This document shows, piece after piece, positions 1 through 8,727 of a stretch of DNA of 64,000 bases. A program made the position numbers and the translations under genes. Position 1 is the stretch's first letter; every line of letters begins with the position of its first letter. This DNA is from Minisyncoccia bacterium (GTDB taxonomy: Bacteria; Patescibacteriota; Minisyncoccia; Phycocordibacterales; JAACPR01): contig JBGSLH010000008.1 in assembly GCA_041740795.1 (NCBI GenBank), forward strand, positions 15,860-79,859, given 5' to 3'. Below the pieces are notes generated by a model. That model was not told the DNA's origin. It was given only the letters and a program-made list of their open reading frames with translations, and did not search any database.

Positions 1-72
1 TTTGGATTTGAAATATTACCATCACCAATTGCCATGCCCACAACATATGCAAATTCAGGCGAAGGCGTCATG

Positions 73-156
73 TGCCGCTGGTCGGAGTCGAACCGACACG
101 CCCTTACGAGCACAGCATTTTGAGTGCTGCAAGTCTACCAATTCCATCACAGCGGC
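73..156 (-). tRNA. tRNA-Leu (anticodon CAA), class II with long variable arm
   Basis: The reverse complement of 73-156 folds as a cloverleaf. It has a 7-bp acceptor stem GCCGCTG/CAGCGGC. The anticodon stem is CAGCA/TGCTG with loop CTCAAAA (U33, CAA, A37). It has a long variable arm, a T-arm TCGG-TTCGACT-CCGA and discriminator A. CCA is not encoded. Confidence 0.7.
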
Positions 157-242
157 ATGTCCTGCTAGTCTAAACCAAAACGCGCTTTTATTCAATATTT
201 AAAAAGTGCCCTCTTGATAGAGGACACTGGGGTGTAGGGAAA

Positions 243-632
243 TCACTTCGGAGTTCTGTGCACTGATCGAACGAAGTCCGGGATCATTTTCCATGCATGC
301 CTTAAAGAGCGGACTGGCCATTGATAACCAGTGTCTTCTAAAGAATCAAATTGAACACAGGGCTCATTCAGGATACCTTCTGGTTCTTCTGTTGTAAAAT
401 AAGTAAGGAGCAAAATCCCAGGGTCTTTCTTTTCGATGTCTAGAAAATGCTTCGTGAGTAGATAGTCGGCGTCTCCGTCATTTTCGTATTCTCGACTATC
501 ATCCACTCCGATACATACGGGAAACAATGGCTTGTGTAAACGCCAGTGAATCCACTGCTTCCATTTGGGAAGTTTCGAGCGTCTTACGAACTCTTTAAAA
601 GCTTTGTCATAAGGGCATTCATTCGTTTTCAT
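243..632 (-). CDS. hypothetical protein (about 130 aa)
   Basis: ORF track 243..692. The N-terminal ~20 codons lie inside the 53-bp palindrome and mirror the artefactual N-terminus of the parB ORF, so the start was moved to the internal Met (MKTNECPYDK...). No recognisable family. Confidence 0.35.
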   Translation of the reverse strand: MKTNECPYDKAFKEFVRRSKLPKWKQWIHWRLHKPLFPVCIGVDDSREYENDGDADYLLTKHFLDIEKKDPGILLLTYFTTEEPEGILNEPCVQFDSLEDTGYQWPVRSLRHAWKMIPDFVRSVHRTPK

Positions 633-660
633 ATCTGTCGGGATAATACAGTATCTGTAA

Positions 661-713
661 AAATAAGTCACGCCCAGAGCGTTGCGAAGCAACGCTCTGG
701 GCGTGACTTATTT
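661..713. promoter_or_regulatory. 53-bp perfect palindrome (25-bp arms, GAA centre) in the divergent promoter region
   Basis: aaataagtcacgcccagagcgttgc-gaa-gcaacgctctgggcgtgacttattt. Arms are exact reverse complements. It lies between the starts of the minus-strand hypothetical (632) and parB (745). Confidence 0.6.
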
Positions 714-744
714 CCACAGGACAGCCGGTTCTTTTTTTGCTACA

Positions 745-1926
745 ATGTCCCGTATGGACGATGCAAAATCTCTAAACGAATCAGCCTTTTTTAGCAACGC
801 AATCTTCTTCATTGAGATTGAAAAAATAAAACCAAACCCGTTCCAGCCTCGACGGGAATTTGATCAAGCCAAGCTCCAGGATCTCGCGGATTCGATCAAG
901 ATGTACGGTATCTTGCAGCCGATAGTTGTCACTCGAAAGGAAGTGATCAAACCCGACGGTGGACTCACGACCGAATACGAACTCATCGCTGGTGAGCGAC
1001 GACTTCGAGCTTCCAAGCTTGCTGGACTTCGAGAAGTGCCGGCTATAATCCGTGCCAAAGAAGACGACGACCGAGCCAAGCTTGAGCTTGCGATTATAGA
1101 GAACCTTCAGCGTGAAGACATTTCACCTGTCGACAAAGCACGCGCATTCAAGCAACTTGCAGAAAAGTTCAACATGACTCATGGAGAAATTGCAAAGAAG
1201 ATCGGAAAAAGTCGTGAATACGTTTCTAACAGTATTCGCGTCCTCGGTTTGCCAGAAGAAATGCTTGATGCGATGTCTCAGGGCAAAATTACCGAAGGTC
1301 ACTCGCGTCCACTTCTTATGCTCTCTGATCGGCCTGAAGAACAGCATGTGTTGTTCAAGGACATTATGCTTCGAAAACTCACTGTGCGTGATGCCGAAAA
1401 AATATCTCGAAAAATTGCAGTTGATAAAGTTCGAAAAACTAACTTACTCCCTGATGCAGAACTCATGGAAATCGAACACGAGATTGGAACAGTACTTGGT
1501 ACGCGCGTGAATATTGCCAAGAAAGAAGAAGGAGGAAGAATCCAGATCGACTTTTTCAATCAGGAAGATTTACAGAACATTGTTGCACTTCTCTTGAAGA
1601 AAGGTCAGGTGCCTGCGATGTCACAATCTGCACAGGCAACTCCAATTGCAAGCACTATCCCTGTTGTTGCACCAGTAATGCTCGAGTCTGTTTCTACTCC
1701 AGAAGTTTCACCATCTCAAATTATTGAGTCTCCGGTTTTGATTGCTGATGATATTGTCACTCCCCAGGAACTCATCCAAGAATCACTTGCAGAACATACA
1801 GATGCACCCATTATTGAACAAGTCGGAGAGGAAAAGTTTGCAGATCAGCAAGTCTCAATCGACACGCCAAGTTATGGAGACGAGGAAGAAGAGGACTTGT
1901 ATTCGATGAAAGGGTTTAGTTTGTAA
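745..1926 (+). CDS. parB: ParB/Spo0J-family partition protein with long low-complexity acidic C-terminal tail
   Basis: ParB N-terminal box (IEIEKIKPNPFQPRREF) and the YELIAGERRLRASKLAGLREVPAIIR motif plus an HTH region. The start is set at MSRMDD because the upstream codons are palindrome-derived. No parA is adjacent. Confidence 0.85.
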   Translation: MSRMDDAKSLNESAFFSNAIFFIEIEKIKPNPFQPRREFDQAKLQDLADSIKMYGILQPIVVTRKEVIKPDGGLTTEYELIAGERRLRASKLAGLREVPAIIRAKEDDDRAKLELAIIENLQREDISPVDKARAFKQLAEKFNMTHGEIAKKIGKSREYVSNSIRVLGLPEEMLDAMSQGKITEGHSRPLLMLSDRPEEQHVLFKDIMLRKLTVRDAEKISRKIAVDKVRKTNLLPDAELMEIEHEIGTVLGTRVNIAKKEEGGRIQIDFFNQEDLQNIVALLLKKGQVPAMSQSAQATPIASTIPVVAPVMLESVSTPEVSPSQIIESPVLIADDIVTPQELIQESLAEHTDAPIIEQVGEEKFADQQVSIDTPSYGDEEEEDLYSMKGFSL

Positions 1927-1971
1927 TGTCATCCCAAATTTATTCCGGGATCTCGTAATTTTATATAAAAG

Positions 1972-2008
1972 AAAAGGCCTGCTGCGTTTGAGCGCAGTAG
2001 GCCTTTGG
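1972..2008. terminator. bidirectional rho-independent terminator between convergent parB and the HTH gene
   Basis: Stem ggcctgctgcg/cgcagtaggcc (one G-T wobble) with loop tttgag, flanked by an A-run upstream and a T-run downstream. Confidence 0.55.
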
Positions 2009-2018
2009 GTAAGTTTCA

Positions 2019-2384
2019 CTACTTCTGTTTTCTGCATTTCAGAAGTTCGCGAATGACTCGAATACTCATGGGTTTTTGAAGCCCTCGTGCTACCGTAATC
2101 AAGAATTCAAGATCCTCGACGGTAGCGCAGACATCTGAATCGTCGGAACCAACATGCGGAAACTCATCGGCAGAAAAACCACAAAGTTCGGCGAGTTCTT
2201 GGACGTCGATTTCGTACGCGCGCGCAATAGTTGACATTTTTGTGCTAGGGATAGCTGTTATACCACGCTCCCATCTTTCTACTGTCGTGCGATCACATCT
2301 GATTTTTCTGCCCATGTCTGCAGGTGTGAGCCCGAGGGCTTCTCGCTTGGTCTTAAGAAGGCTACCAATTTCCTTTTTGTCCAT
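2019..2384 (-). CDS. XRE-family helix-turn-helix transcriptional regulator
   Basis: HTH_3-like segment (LGLTPADMGRKIRCDRTTVERWERG). Confidence 0.65.
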   Translation of the reverse strand: MDKKEIGSLLKTKREALGLTPADMGRKIRCDRTTVERWERGITAIPSTKMSTIARAYEIDVQELAELCGFSADEFPHVGSDDSDVCATVEDLEFLITVARGLQKPMSIRVIRELLKCRKQK

Positions 2385-2561
2385 TTTTGGTTGAAGAGTT
2401 TGATTTTAAAAGGGGAGAACTGGGTGCTCTCCTGACTGACTTTAAGAGTATAATACAACTTAATATATAAATGTCAATATCTGCGTAATATGCAATTTTG
2501 TATACAAGTAGTGTAAAACGGACTGGATTCCCTTCTTCACGGGAATGATGCACTAATAGCT

Positions 2562-4745
2562 TTATTTCTTCTTAAATCCACCTCTCCTTCCAACTTTCTT
2601 TGGTTCCTTGAATATGTCTAGTGCTTGCTGAAGTGTCACTTCATATACGCTGATGTCTTTGAGAGATCTGAAGTCTGATTCGTGCACAACATATGGACCG
2701 AAGCGTCCATTGTTGGCAGAGATTGGTTCGTTGGTGTCAGGATGGTTTCCGAGTACTCGTGGGAGGCTGAGGAATTTGAGTGCGTCAGCAAGAGTTAGTT
2801 TTTCGAGAGGGAAGTCTCGTGGGACAGATGCGCGTTTTGGTTTTTTATTCTCTTTTGTTTTTTCTCCAATCTGGATATACGGACCGAATCTTCCAGTAAG
2901 CATATAGATAGGTGAGCCTGTCTCAGGATCTGTTCCGATCGGCTCATCCTTTTTGATCTCGACTCCATCGATAGTGAGTGCGCCGTCACATTCAGGATAT
3001 TTCTCGCATGAAAGAAACTTACCTCCACGTCCGAGCTTGATGTCCATTCCGGCTCCGCACTTGGGACACTTGAAATCACTTTTGCCAAGAGTTGTTGCTT
3101 TGTCTAATTTTTCCTTCGAATCGACTTCTTTTTTGAATACGGTATAGAAGTCCTTGAAGAATTTTTTGTATTCAGTCTTACCTTCAGCGATATCATCAAG
3201 CTTGTTCTCCATGTCGGCAGTGAAGGTATCTCCTATATATGTCTCGAAGTTGTCTTCGAGGAATGATGAAACTACATCACCTGTGTCTGTGGGTACGAGC
3301 GCTTTGTTTTCTTTAGTCACGTATTCTCGATCAAGAAGTGTTTTGATGATGGATGCGTACGTAGAAGGACGTCCAATACCACGCTTTTCAAGTTCTTTCA
3401 CAAGGCCTGCTTCGGAATATCGTCCTGGCGGTTGCGTCTGTTTTTCTGTATCAATTATTTCATCGAGTTTTACTGGTTGTTTGAGCTCCACTTCTGGAAG
3501 TGTAACTTCTTCAGACTTTGCTTTGGGATCGATCAGAAGCCATCCTTCCTTGAGAATGATCTGTCCATTGGAAACGAAGTTAGGTACTGAGTTTGTAACT
3601 GTATTGAAAGAAATTTTTGTTCGCATGATTTGCGCATCTACCATGTTGGAAGCAATCGTTCGTCGCCAGATCAGATCGTAGAGACGTTTTTGTTCATCAG
3701 TCACACCTTTTGATTGTGCGGACATGTTAGTTGGTCTGATCGCTTCATGCGCTTCCTGTGCGTTCTTTGATTTTTTTCCAAAAGTTCGTGTCTGTATATA
3801 TGAAGCTCCGAATTCCTTGGTGATGTATTTGTGGATTTCTCCTGTCGCCTGAGCAGAAAGGTTCGTGCTGTCCGTTCGCATGTATGAAATGTGTCCCGCT
3901 TCGTAGAGCTTCTGTGCAAGGATCATTGTTCGCGAAGGTGAATATCCAAGACGTGTACTTGCTGCCTGTTGCAGGGTAGAAGTTGTGAAAGGAGCCTTTG
4001 GAGATCGTTTTGCTTCAGTCTTTTTGATGTCGACGATATGCCATGTATCTTTTTGGGCTCTGTCCAAAATATCGTCGACAGTTTTTTTGTCTTTCAAATC
4101 CGCCTCGCAGCTTGCAGGAATCTTGTTCTTTTTTCCGTCGTCAAAAATCGCGTCGATGATCCAGAATGTTTCAGGTACGAAGGCACGGATCTGCCGCTCT
4201 CGTTCCATGATGATTCGGAGGGCAGGAGACTGTACTCGTCCAGCAGAAAGACCATAGCGAACTTTTTTCCAGATGATTCCAGAGAGATCGTATCCAACCA
4301 GACGGTCGAGAACTCGACGCGCTTCCTGTGCCTGTTTGAGATCATCGTCGATATGTCGCGGATGACTAACTGCTTCTTTGATCGCTTCTTTTGTAATTTC
4401 ATGGAAGACAACCCGTTTTGGATTTTTTAATTTCAAAACTTCCTTGAGGTGCCACGCAATGGCTTCTCCTTCTCGGTCGGGGTCAGTTGCAAGCAGAACT
4501 TCTTCCGCATTCTTTACGAGAGATTTTATTCCTGCGATTACCTTTTCTTTGCCTGGTGAAATTTCGTAATGAGGAACGAAACCCTTCTCGATATCGATGG
4601 CTTTCTTGTTGGATTTTGGCAGATCCCGAACGTGTCCGACTGACGCGACAACCTTGTAGTTCCCGATGTCTGAGAGATATTTCTCAATGGTTTTGGCCTT
4701 TGACGGAGACTCTACGATGAGAAGTTTGTATGACATTGAATACAA
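2562..4745 (-). CDS. topA: DNA topoisomerase I
   Basis: Toprim N-terminus (LLIVESPSKAKTIEKYL, GHVRDLP), catalytic region (YMRTDST) and C-terminal Cys4 zinc ribbons (CPKCGAGM...CEKYPEC). Confidence 0.9.
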   Translation of the reverse strand: MYSMSYKLLIVESPSKAKTIEKYLSDIGNYKVVASVGHVRDLPKSNKKAIDIEKGFVPHYEISPGKEKVIAGIKSLVKNAEEVLLATDPDREGEAIAWHLKEVLKLKNPKRVVFHEITKEAIKEAVSHPRHIDDDLKQAQEARRVLDRLVGYDLSGIIWKKVRYGLSAGRVQSPALRIIMERERQIRAFVPETFWIIDAIFDDGKKNKIPASCEADLKDKKTVDDILDRAQKDTWHIVDIKKTEAKRSPKAPFTTSTLQQAASTRLGYSPSRTMILAQKLYEAGHISYMRTDSTNLSAQATGEIHKYITKEFGASYIQTRTFGKKSKNAQEAHEAIRPTNMSAQSKGVTDEQKRLYDLIWRRTIASNMVDAQIMRTKISFNTVTNSVPNFVSNGQIILKEGWLLIDPKAKSEEVTLPEVELKQPVKLDEIIDTEKQTQPPGRYSEAGLVKELEKRGIGRPSTYASIIKTLLDREYVTKENKALVPTDTGDVVSSFLEDNFETYIGDTFTADMENKLDDIAEGKTEYKKFFKDFYTVFKKEVDSKEKLDKATTLGKSDFKCPKCGAGMDIKLGRGGKFLSCEKYPECDGALTIDGVEIKKDEPIGTDPETGSPIYMLTGRFGPYIQIGEKTKENKKPKRASVPRDFPLEKLTLADALKFLSLPRVLGNHPDTNEPISANNGRFGPYVVHESDFRSLKDISVYEVTLQQALDIFKEPKKVGRRGGFKKK

Positions 4746-4829
4746 TTAATACTATAGATGTATTCTTTTGGCAAATAAGTTTATATTTTCTTCATATTTA
4801 ATTTACCCTCCTCGCGTACAGTTTGAGGT

Positions 4830-5201
4830 ATGGATGAATTTGATTCATGGAATGCAATTAAAAAAGATTTGGAACATAAATCCAGAGAGTTTTTACCGAG
4901 AGCCGGAGAGGTCTGGGTATCCAATCTTGGAAAGAATATCGGTTTTGAATCTAATGGTAAAAATACTGATTTCATAAGGTCAGTTCTTGTATTGAAAAGT
5001 TATGGAAAATCAGGAGCTATTATCGTTCCACTTACAAGTAAGAAACAAAATAACATGTTTCATCTTCAAGTTAATGAAAGAAGTTACGCTAAACTGACCC
5101 AAGTCAAATTTATCGATCTAAAGAGATTCAAGAGAAAATTATTTAAAATAGACAGAATACTTTTGTTGGAGATAAGAAAAAAGTTGTTTGAAGTTATATA
5201 A
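4830..5201 (+). CDS. PemK/MazF-fold toxin-like protein (no adjacent antitoxin)
   Basis: GEVWVSNLG...ESNGK..RSVLVLKS...AIIVPLTSKKQ matches the Kid/PemK/MazF pattern (GxIW..DL..G.E..G.RPvLVv....iV.P.TS). A GAGG lies 5 nt upstream of the ATG. Confidence 0.45.
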   Translation: MDEFDSWNAIKKDLEHKSREFLPRAGEVWVSNLGKNIGFESNGKNTDFIRSVLVLKSYGKSGAIIVPLTSKKQNNMFHLQVNERSYAKLTQVKFIDLKRFKRKLFKIDRILLLEIRKKLFEVI

Positions 5202-5205
5202 AACG

Positions 5206-5230
5206 AAACCCGCCACAAGGGCGGGTTTCT
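5206..5230. terminator. bidirectional terminator (PemK-like gene / dprA)
   Basis: aaacccgcc-acaa-ggcgggttt perfect 9-bp stem followed by a T-run. Confidence 0.6.
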
Positions 5231-5306
5231 CGGCGGGCCGAAGCCAATCATAGTTAAAGTGTAGTGGGTGTTTGAAATAAAGTCAATCATAATCTTTATC
5301 AATTCT

Positions 5307-6173
5307 TTATCCCAAAACAACATACTTTCCATCCACTCTCTTTATCATCAACTCGATCTCGAGATTGAGAAGTGCCTGCACAACTTCCTGTGTAGTGAGA
5401 TTGCTTGAGCAGGCGGTGACGAGTGTCTGTGTAGAAGTGTTGCCGAGCGCGATTGCATCGAGGACGGTTTGTTCGGTGTCGGTCGGGGAATATTTTGGTC
5501 CGTGGTGTTCAGGGAATTCGAGTCCGAGGAGATGGAACAAGTCTTCTGGTTTGGTATAGACATATGCACCTTGTCTAATGAGTTCATTGGAACCTTTTGC
5601 GTGCAATGAGTAGATCGAGCTTGGGACGACAAGCAGGTCACGGTTGTAGTCGGTTGCAAGACGTGCGGTTATGAGTGTGCCGGATTTTTCTCTCGCTTCG
5701 ACTACGATTACAAGATTAGAAATGCCGACCATGATGCGGTTACGTGCAGGGAACATCCAGATCTGCGAACGCAGGTGCTGATCGTATTCGCTGATGAGCG
5801 CTCCGCCTGACTTGAGAATCTTTTGCGCAAGACGAAAATTGGTTTTGGGATAAATGATCTCGTCGGCAAGACCAGAGCCAATGACTGCTATTGTGTGTAG
5901 ACCGTACTTGAGAGCGCATTCGTGTGCGTGTGCATCGACTCCGAAGGCGAGGCCTGAAATTATCGAAACAGGCTGTCCTGCAAGCGCAGCACACATCTCG
6001 TCTACGACCTGTTTGGCATATTGTGAACAGTGGCGAGAACCTACGATGGTGATGCGCTTGAGATGCGGGGCGCCTGCGGCGCCCCGCATATATAGAACAC
6101 CCGGCGGAAATGGAGTCTCCCTCAGCATGTCCAGCATATGTCCGTCCCTGAGAATGTATATATCTTCCTGCAT
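5307..6173 (-). CDS. dprA: DNA processing protein DprA/Smf
   Basis: Rossmann-like DprA core (IVGSRHCS..., GVDAHAHECAL, VIGSGLADEIIYP, VVPSSI). Confidence 0.85.
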   Translation of the reverse strand: MQEDIYILRDGHMLDMLRETPFPPGVLYMRGAAGAPHLKRITIVGSRHCSQYAKQVVDEMCAALAGQPVSIISGLAFGVDAHAHECALKYGLHTIAVIGSGLADEIIYPKTNFRLAQKILKSGGALISEYDQHLRSQIWMFPARNRIMVGISNLVIVVEAREKSGTLITARLATDYNRDLLVVPSSIYSLHAKGSNELIRQGAYVYTKPEDLFHLLGLEFPEHHGPKYSPTDTEQTVLDAIALGNTSTQTLVTACSSNLTTQEVVQALLNLEIELMIKRVDGKYVVLG

Positions 6174-6223
6174 TTACTGACTATACAAAAATTGATATGA
6201 TGCTTTTATAAAGAAATCATCAT

Positions 6224-7492
6224 ATGTTAGACATCAAATTTATCCGCGAGAACAAGGACATCATCAAGATGGGTGCCAAAAAGAAACATCTCAATTTCGA
6301 CGTGGACCAACTTCTTGAAATAGATGACAAGCGACGGGCACTTCTTCTTGTAGTTGAAGAAAAACGTGCAAAGCAAAATGAGGTAGGACAAAAGATCGCA
6401 GTCGCATCCCAGGAGGAGAAGCAGCAACTCCTTTCTGAGATGACACTTCTCAAATCAGATCTACAAAAAGAAGAGGAGCAATTGCGTGATGTTATGAGTG
6501 ATTGGCGCACCCTGATGCTCGAAGTTCCAAACATTCCAGACATGTCAGTTCCCGAAGGTAAGGACGATAGTGAGAATGTCGAAGTGCGGACATGGGGAGA
6601 AATTCCAACTTTTGATTTTGAACCGAAAGGTCATATTGAACTCATGAACAATCTTGACCTTGCTGATTTTGAGCGAGGAACAAAGATTGCAGGATTCCGC
6701 GGATACATTCTCAAGAATGAAGGAATGCTTCTCCAACAGGCAGTACTCCAATTCACTCTCTTTCATCTTGTAAAAAAAGGATTCACTCCGATGTCTGTTC
6801 CATCACTTGTGCGTAAAGAGACGCTCATGGGAACAGGATATCTTCCTCAAGGTGAAGACGATCTGTACAAGACACAAGATGACGAATATCTCGCAGGAAC
6901 CGGAGAGGTTTCTACAATGTCATATTTTAGTGATGAAATTCTAAACAAGGCGGATTTACCTATCAAGTTCATTTCTTTTTCTCCGTGCTTTAGGCGAGAA
7001 GCAGGAAGTCATGGCAAGCAGACCAAAGGACTCTATCGTGTGCACGAATTTTTCAAACTGGAACAGGTTGTGCTTTGTGAAGCAGATCATACACAATCGG
7101 TGCAACTGCACGAAGAACTTACAGTCAATGCAGAAGAAATCCTACAGACACTTAATCTTCCATATCGCGTCGTTGTAAACTGCGGAGGCGATCTTGGACT
7201 CGGACAAGTGAAAAAATATGATATCGAAGCATGGATCCCATCCGAAAAGCGATACGGTGAAACCCACTCATCATCATACTTCCATGACTTCCAGACAAGA
7301 CGACTCAATATCCGCTATAATGATACTGATGGAAAAAAGAAACTTGCACACTCGCTTAACAACACTGCTGTCGCCGTACCTCGAATACTGATTCAGATAC
7401 TAGAGAACAATCAGCAAGCAGATGGAAGCATCCTTATTCCTGAAGCCCTTCGTCCATTCATGGGTGGAATAGAAAAAATCGCAAAGAAATAA
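6224..7492 (+). CDS. serS: seryl-tRNA synthetase
   Basis: N-terminal coiled-coil arm followed by class II aaRS core motifs (FSPCFRREAGSHGK.TKGLYRVHEF, NCGGDLG). 422 aa. Confidence 0.9.
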   Translation: MLDIKFIRENKDIIKMGAKKKHLNFDVDQLLEIDDKRRALLLVVEEKRAKQNEVGQKIAVASQEEKQQLLSEMTLLKSDLQKEEEQLRDVMSDWRTLMLEVPNIPDMSVPEGKDDSENVEVRTWGEIPTFDFEPKGHIELMNNLDLADFERGTKIAGFRGYILKNEGMLLQQAVLQFTLFHLVKKGFTPMSVPSLVRKETLMGTGYLPQGEDDLYKTQDDEYLAGTGEVSTMSYFSDEILNKADLPIKFISFSPCFRREAGSHGKQTKGLYRVHEFFKLEQVVLCEADHTQSVQLHEELTVNAEEILQTLNLPYRVVVNCGGDLGLGQVKKYDIEAWIPSEKRYGETHSSSYFHDFQTRRLNIRYNDTDGKKKLAHSLNNTAVAVPRILIQILENNQQADGSILIPEALRPFMGGIEKIAKK

Positions 7493-7493
7493 C

Positions 7494-8306
7494 ATGTCGA
7501 GTCAAAAATATATTTCCGACACACTGAAACAAAAAAAGAAAAACGTTCGTAAAGTAAAAACATATCTCTGGCTTGTTGCTGCTCTGCTTGTACTTATAGG
7601 ATTGATCTATGTTCTGAGGATGCCGTACATTCAGATAACTGAGGTTGAAGTTACGGGAAATGCTTTTGTTAGTACGCAGGAAATAAAAAATGAGACAGAA
7701 ACGATACTTAATTCGTCGATACTTGGTTTTATTCCGAGGCGTAATATCTTTATATTTTCGCAGCGTGAACTCGAGATGCACATCAAGAAAAATCCTGCGG
7801 TCGTATCCGTAAATATCAAAAAGGATTTTTTCAATAAGCTCACAGTCACGATCGTTGAACAGGAAAAAGAAATAATTTACTGCACGTCTACCGACCACAC
7901 TGAGTGTCTATATATAAACAAGACAGGATTCATCTACGCGAAACTCTCGGACTTCGTGATTCCTGAGCAGGAAGTGATTATCTACAGCGAACTGGGGCAG
8001 AAGCACATTGAGGATCGGATCCTTGATGAAAAACTTTACATAAACGTCGTTAGTTTTATCAAGAGTACGACGAGATATGACATCAAAATTGGAAAAGTGT
8101 ACATCAAGTCTGACCAGACTCTCGAGTTCGTGACGCGCGACGGTGTGCGTATCATCACGTCCATATACGATGACTTCGAAAAGGATTTTTCCAACCTCAT
8201 CGCACTTTTTGAAAAGCAAATCCTTACAAAGGAACAACTTCCGCAAATAGAATACATCGACGTGCGATTTGGGAATAAAGTCTTCTATAAAAACAAGACG
8301 AACTGA
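7494..8306 (+). CDS. FtsQ/DivIB-like cell division protein (single TM + POTRA-like)
   Basis: Basic N-terminus, one TM helix (LWLVAALLVLIGLIYV), then IQITEVEVTGN... typical of FtsQ POTRA. Starts 2 nt after serS. Confidence 0.5.
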   Translation: MSSQKYISDTLKQKKKNVRKVKTYLWLVAALLVLIGLIYVLRMPYIQITEVEVTGNAFVSTQEIKNETETILNSSILGFIPRRNIFIFSQRELEMHIKKNPAVVSVNIKKDFFNKLTVTIVEQEKEIIYCTSTDHTECLYINKTGFIYAKLSDFVIPEQEVIIYSELGQKHIEDRILDEKLYINVVSFIKSTTRYDIKIGKVYIKSDQTLEFVTRDGVRIITSIYDDFEKDFSNLIALFEKQILTKEQLPQIEYIDVRFGNKVFYKNKTN

Positions 8307-8320
8307 TATACTAATACTAT

Positions 8321-8722
8321 ATGAAGTTTTTTATGATAGCACCATACTATTTATATTGGCACTATACTCGGGGTCTTACCGAGTTATCCAAGAATCTTCT
8401 CAACTTCATCGTTTTTGAACTCCATTTTTTTTCAATTAAGGAACTTCTTCTAACACTTTTTTCTCCATTCCAACGTCTCAAGGAAAATTATGGTAACAGT
8501 ATCGTCGATTTTGAAAACATCGCATCCGCACTTGTAGTGAACGTTATAATGCGTGTCGTTGGATTTGTCGTACGGAGTCTGATTTTGCTCGTTGGTTTTT
8601 TTGCTATCATGGGTACAATATTTTTTGCTCCAATTCTTCTCATTCTATGGATCCTACTACCGTTTGTTCTTTTGATATTTCTCGTAGGTGCTGTGTGGGC
8701 ATATCTAACATACCAAATATAA
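8321..8722 (+). CDS. hypothetical membrane protein
   Basis: Two or three predicted hydrophobic helices at the C-terminus. No family recognised. Confidence 0.35.
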   Translation: MKFFMIAPYYLYWHYTRGLTELSKNLLNFIVFELHFFSIKELLLTLFSPFQRLKENYGNSIVDFENIASALVVNVIMRVVGFVVRSLILLVGFFAIMGTIFFAPILLILWILLPFVLLIFLVGAVWAYLTYQI

Positions 8723-8727
8723 TTCCT

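Noticed and set aside
2-202. 66-aa plus-strand ORF at the window start
   Set aside because: It overlaps the minus-strand tRNA-Leu and has no start context. It is most likely not a gene.
243-745. Track N-termini MLRNALGVTYF... (minus ORF to 692) and MRSNALGVTYF... (plus ORF from 682)
   Set aside because: Both are translations of the two arms of the 53-bp palindrome and mirror each other. The real starts were set at internal methionines (632 and 745).
3154-3681. 175-aa ORF antisense to topA, and similar antisense ORFs inside serS, dus (12073..12990), the L,D-transpeptidase (16347..17105), the helicase gene, the acidic-repeat gene (61706..62260, 61813..62030) and the PIF1-like gene (63044..63619)
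   Set aside because: These are shadow ORFs inside well-supported genes on the other strand, with low-complexity or repeat-derived sequences.
4768-4977. 69-aa ORF overlapping the start of the PemK-like gene as a possible antitoxin
   Set aside because: Different frame overlapping the toxin-like CDS. Hydrophobic low-complexity translation. No HTH or RHH features.
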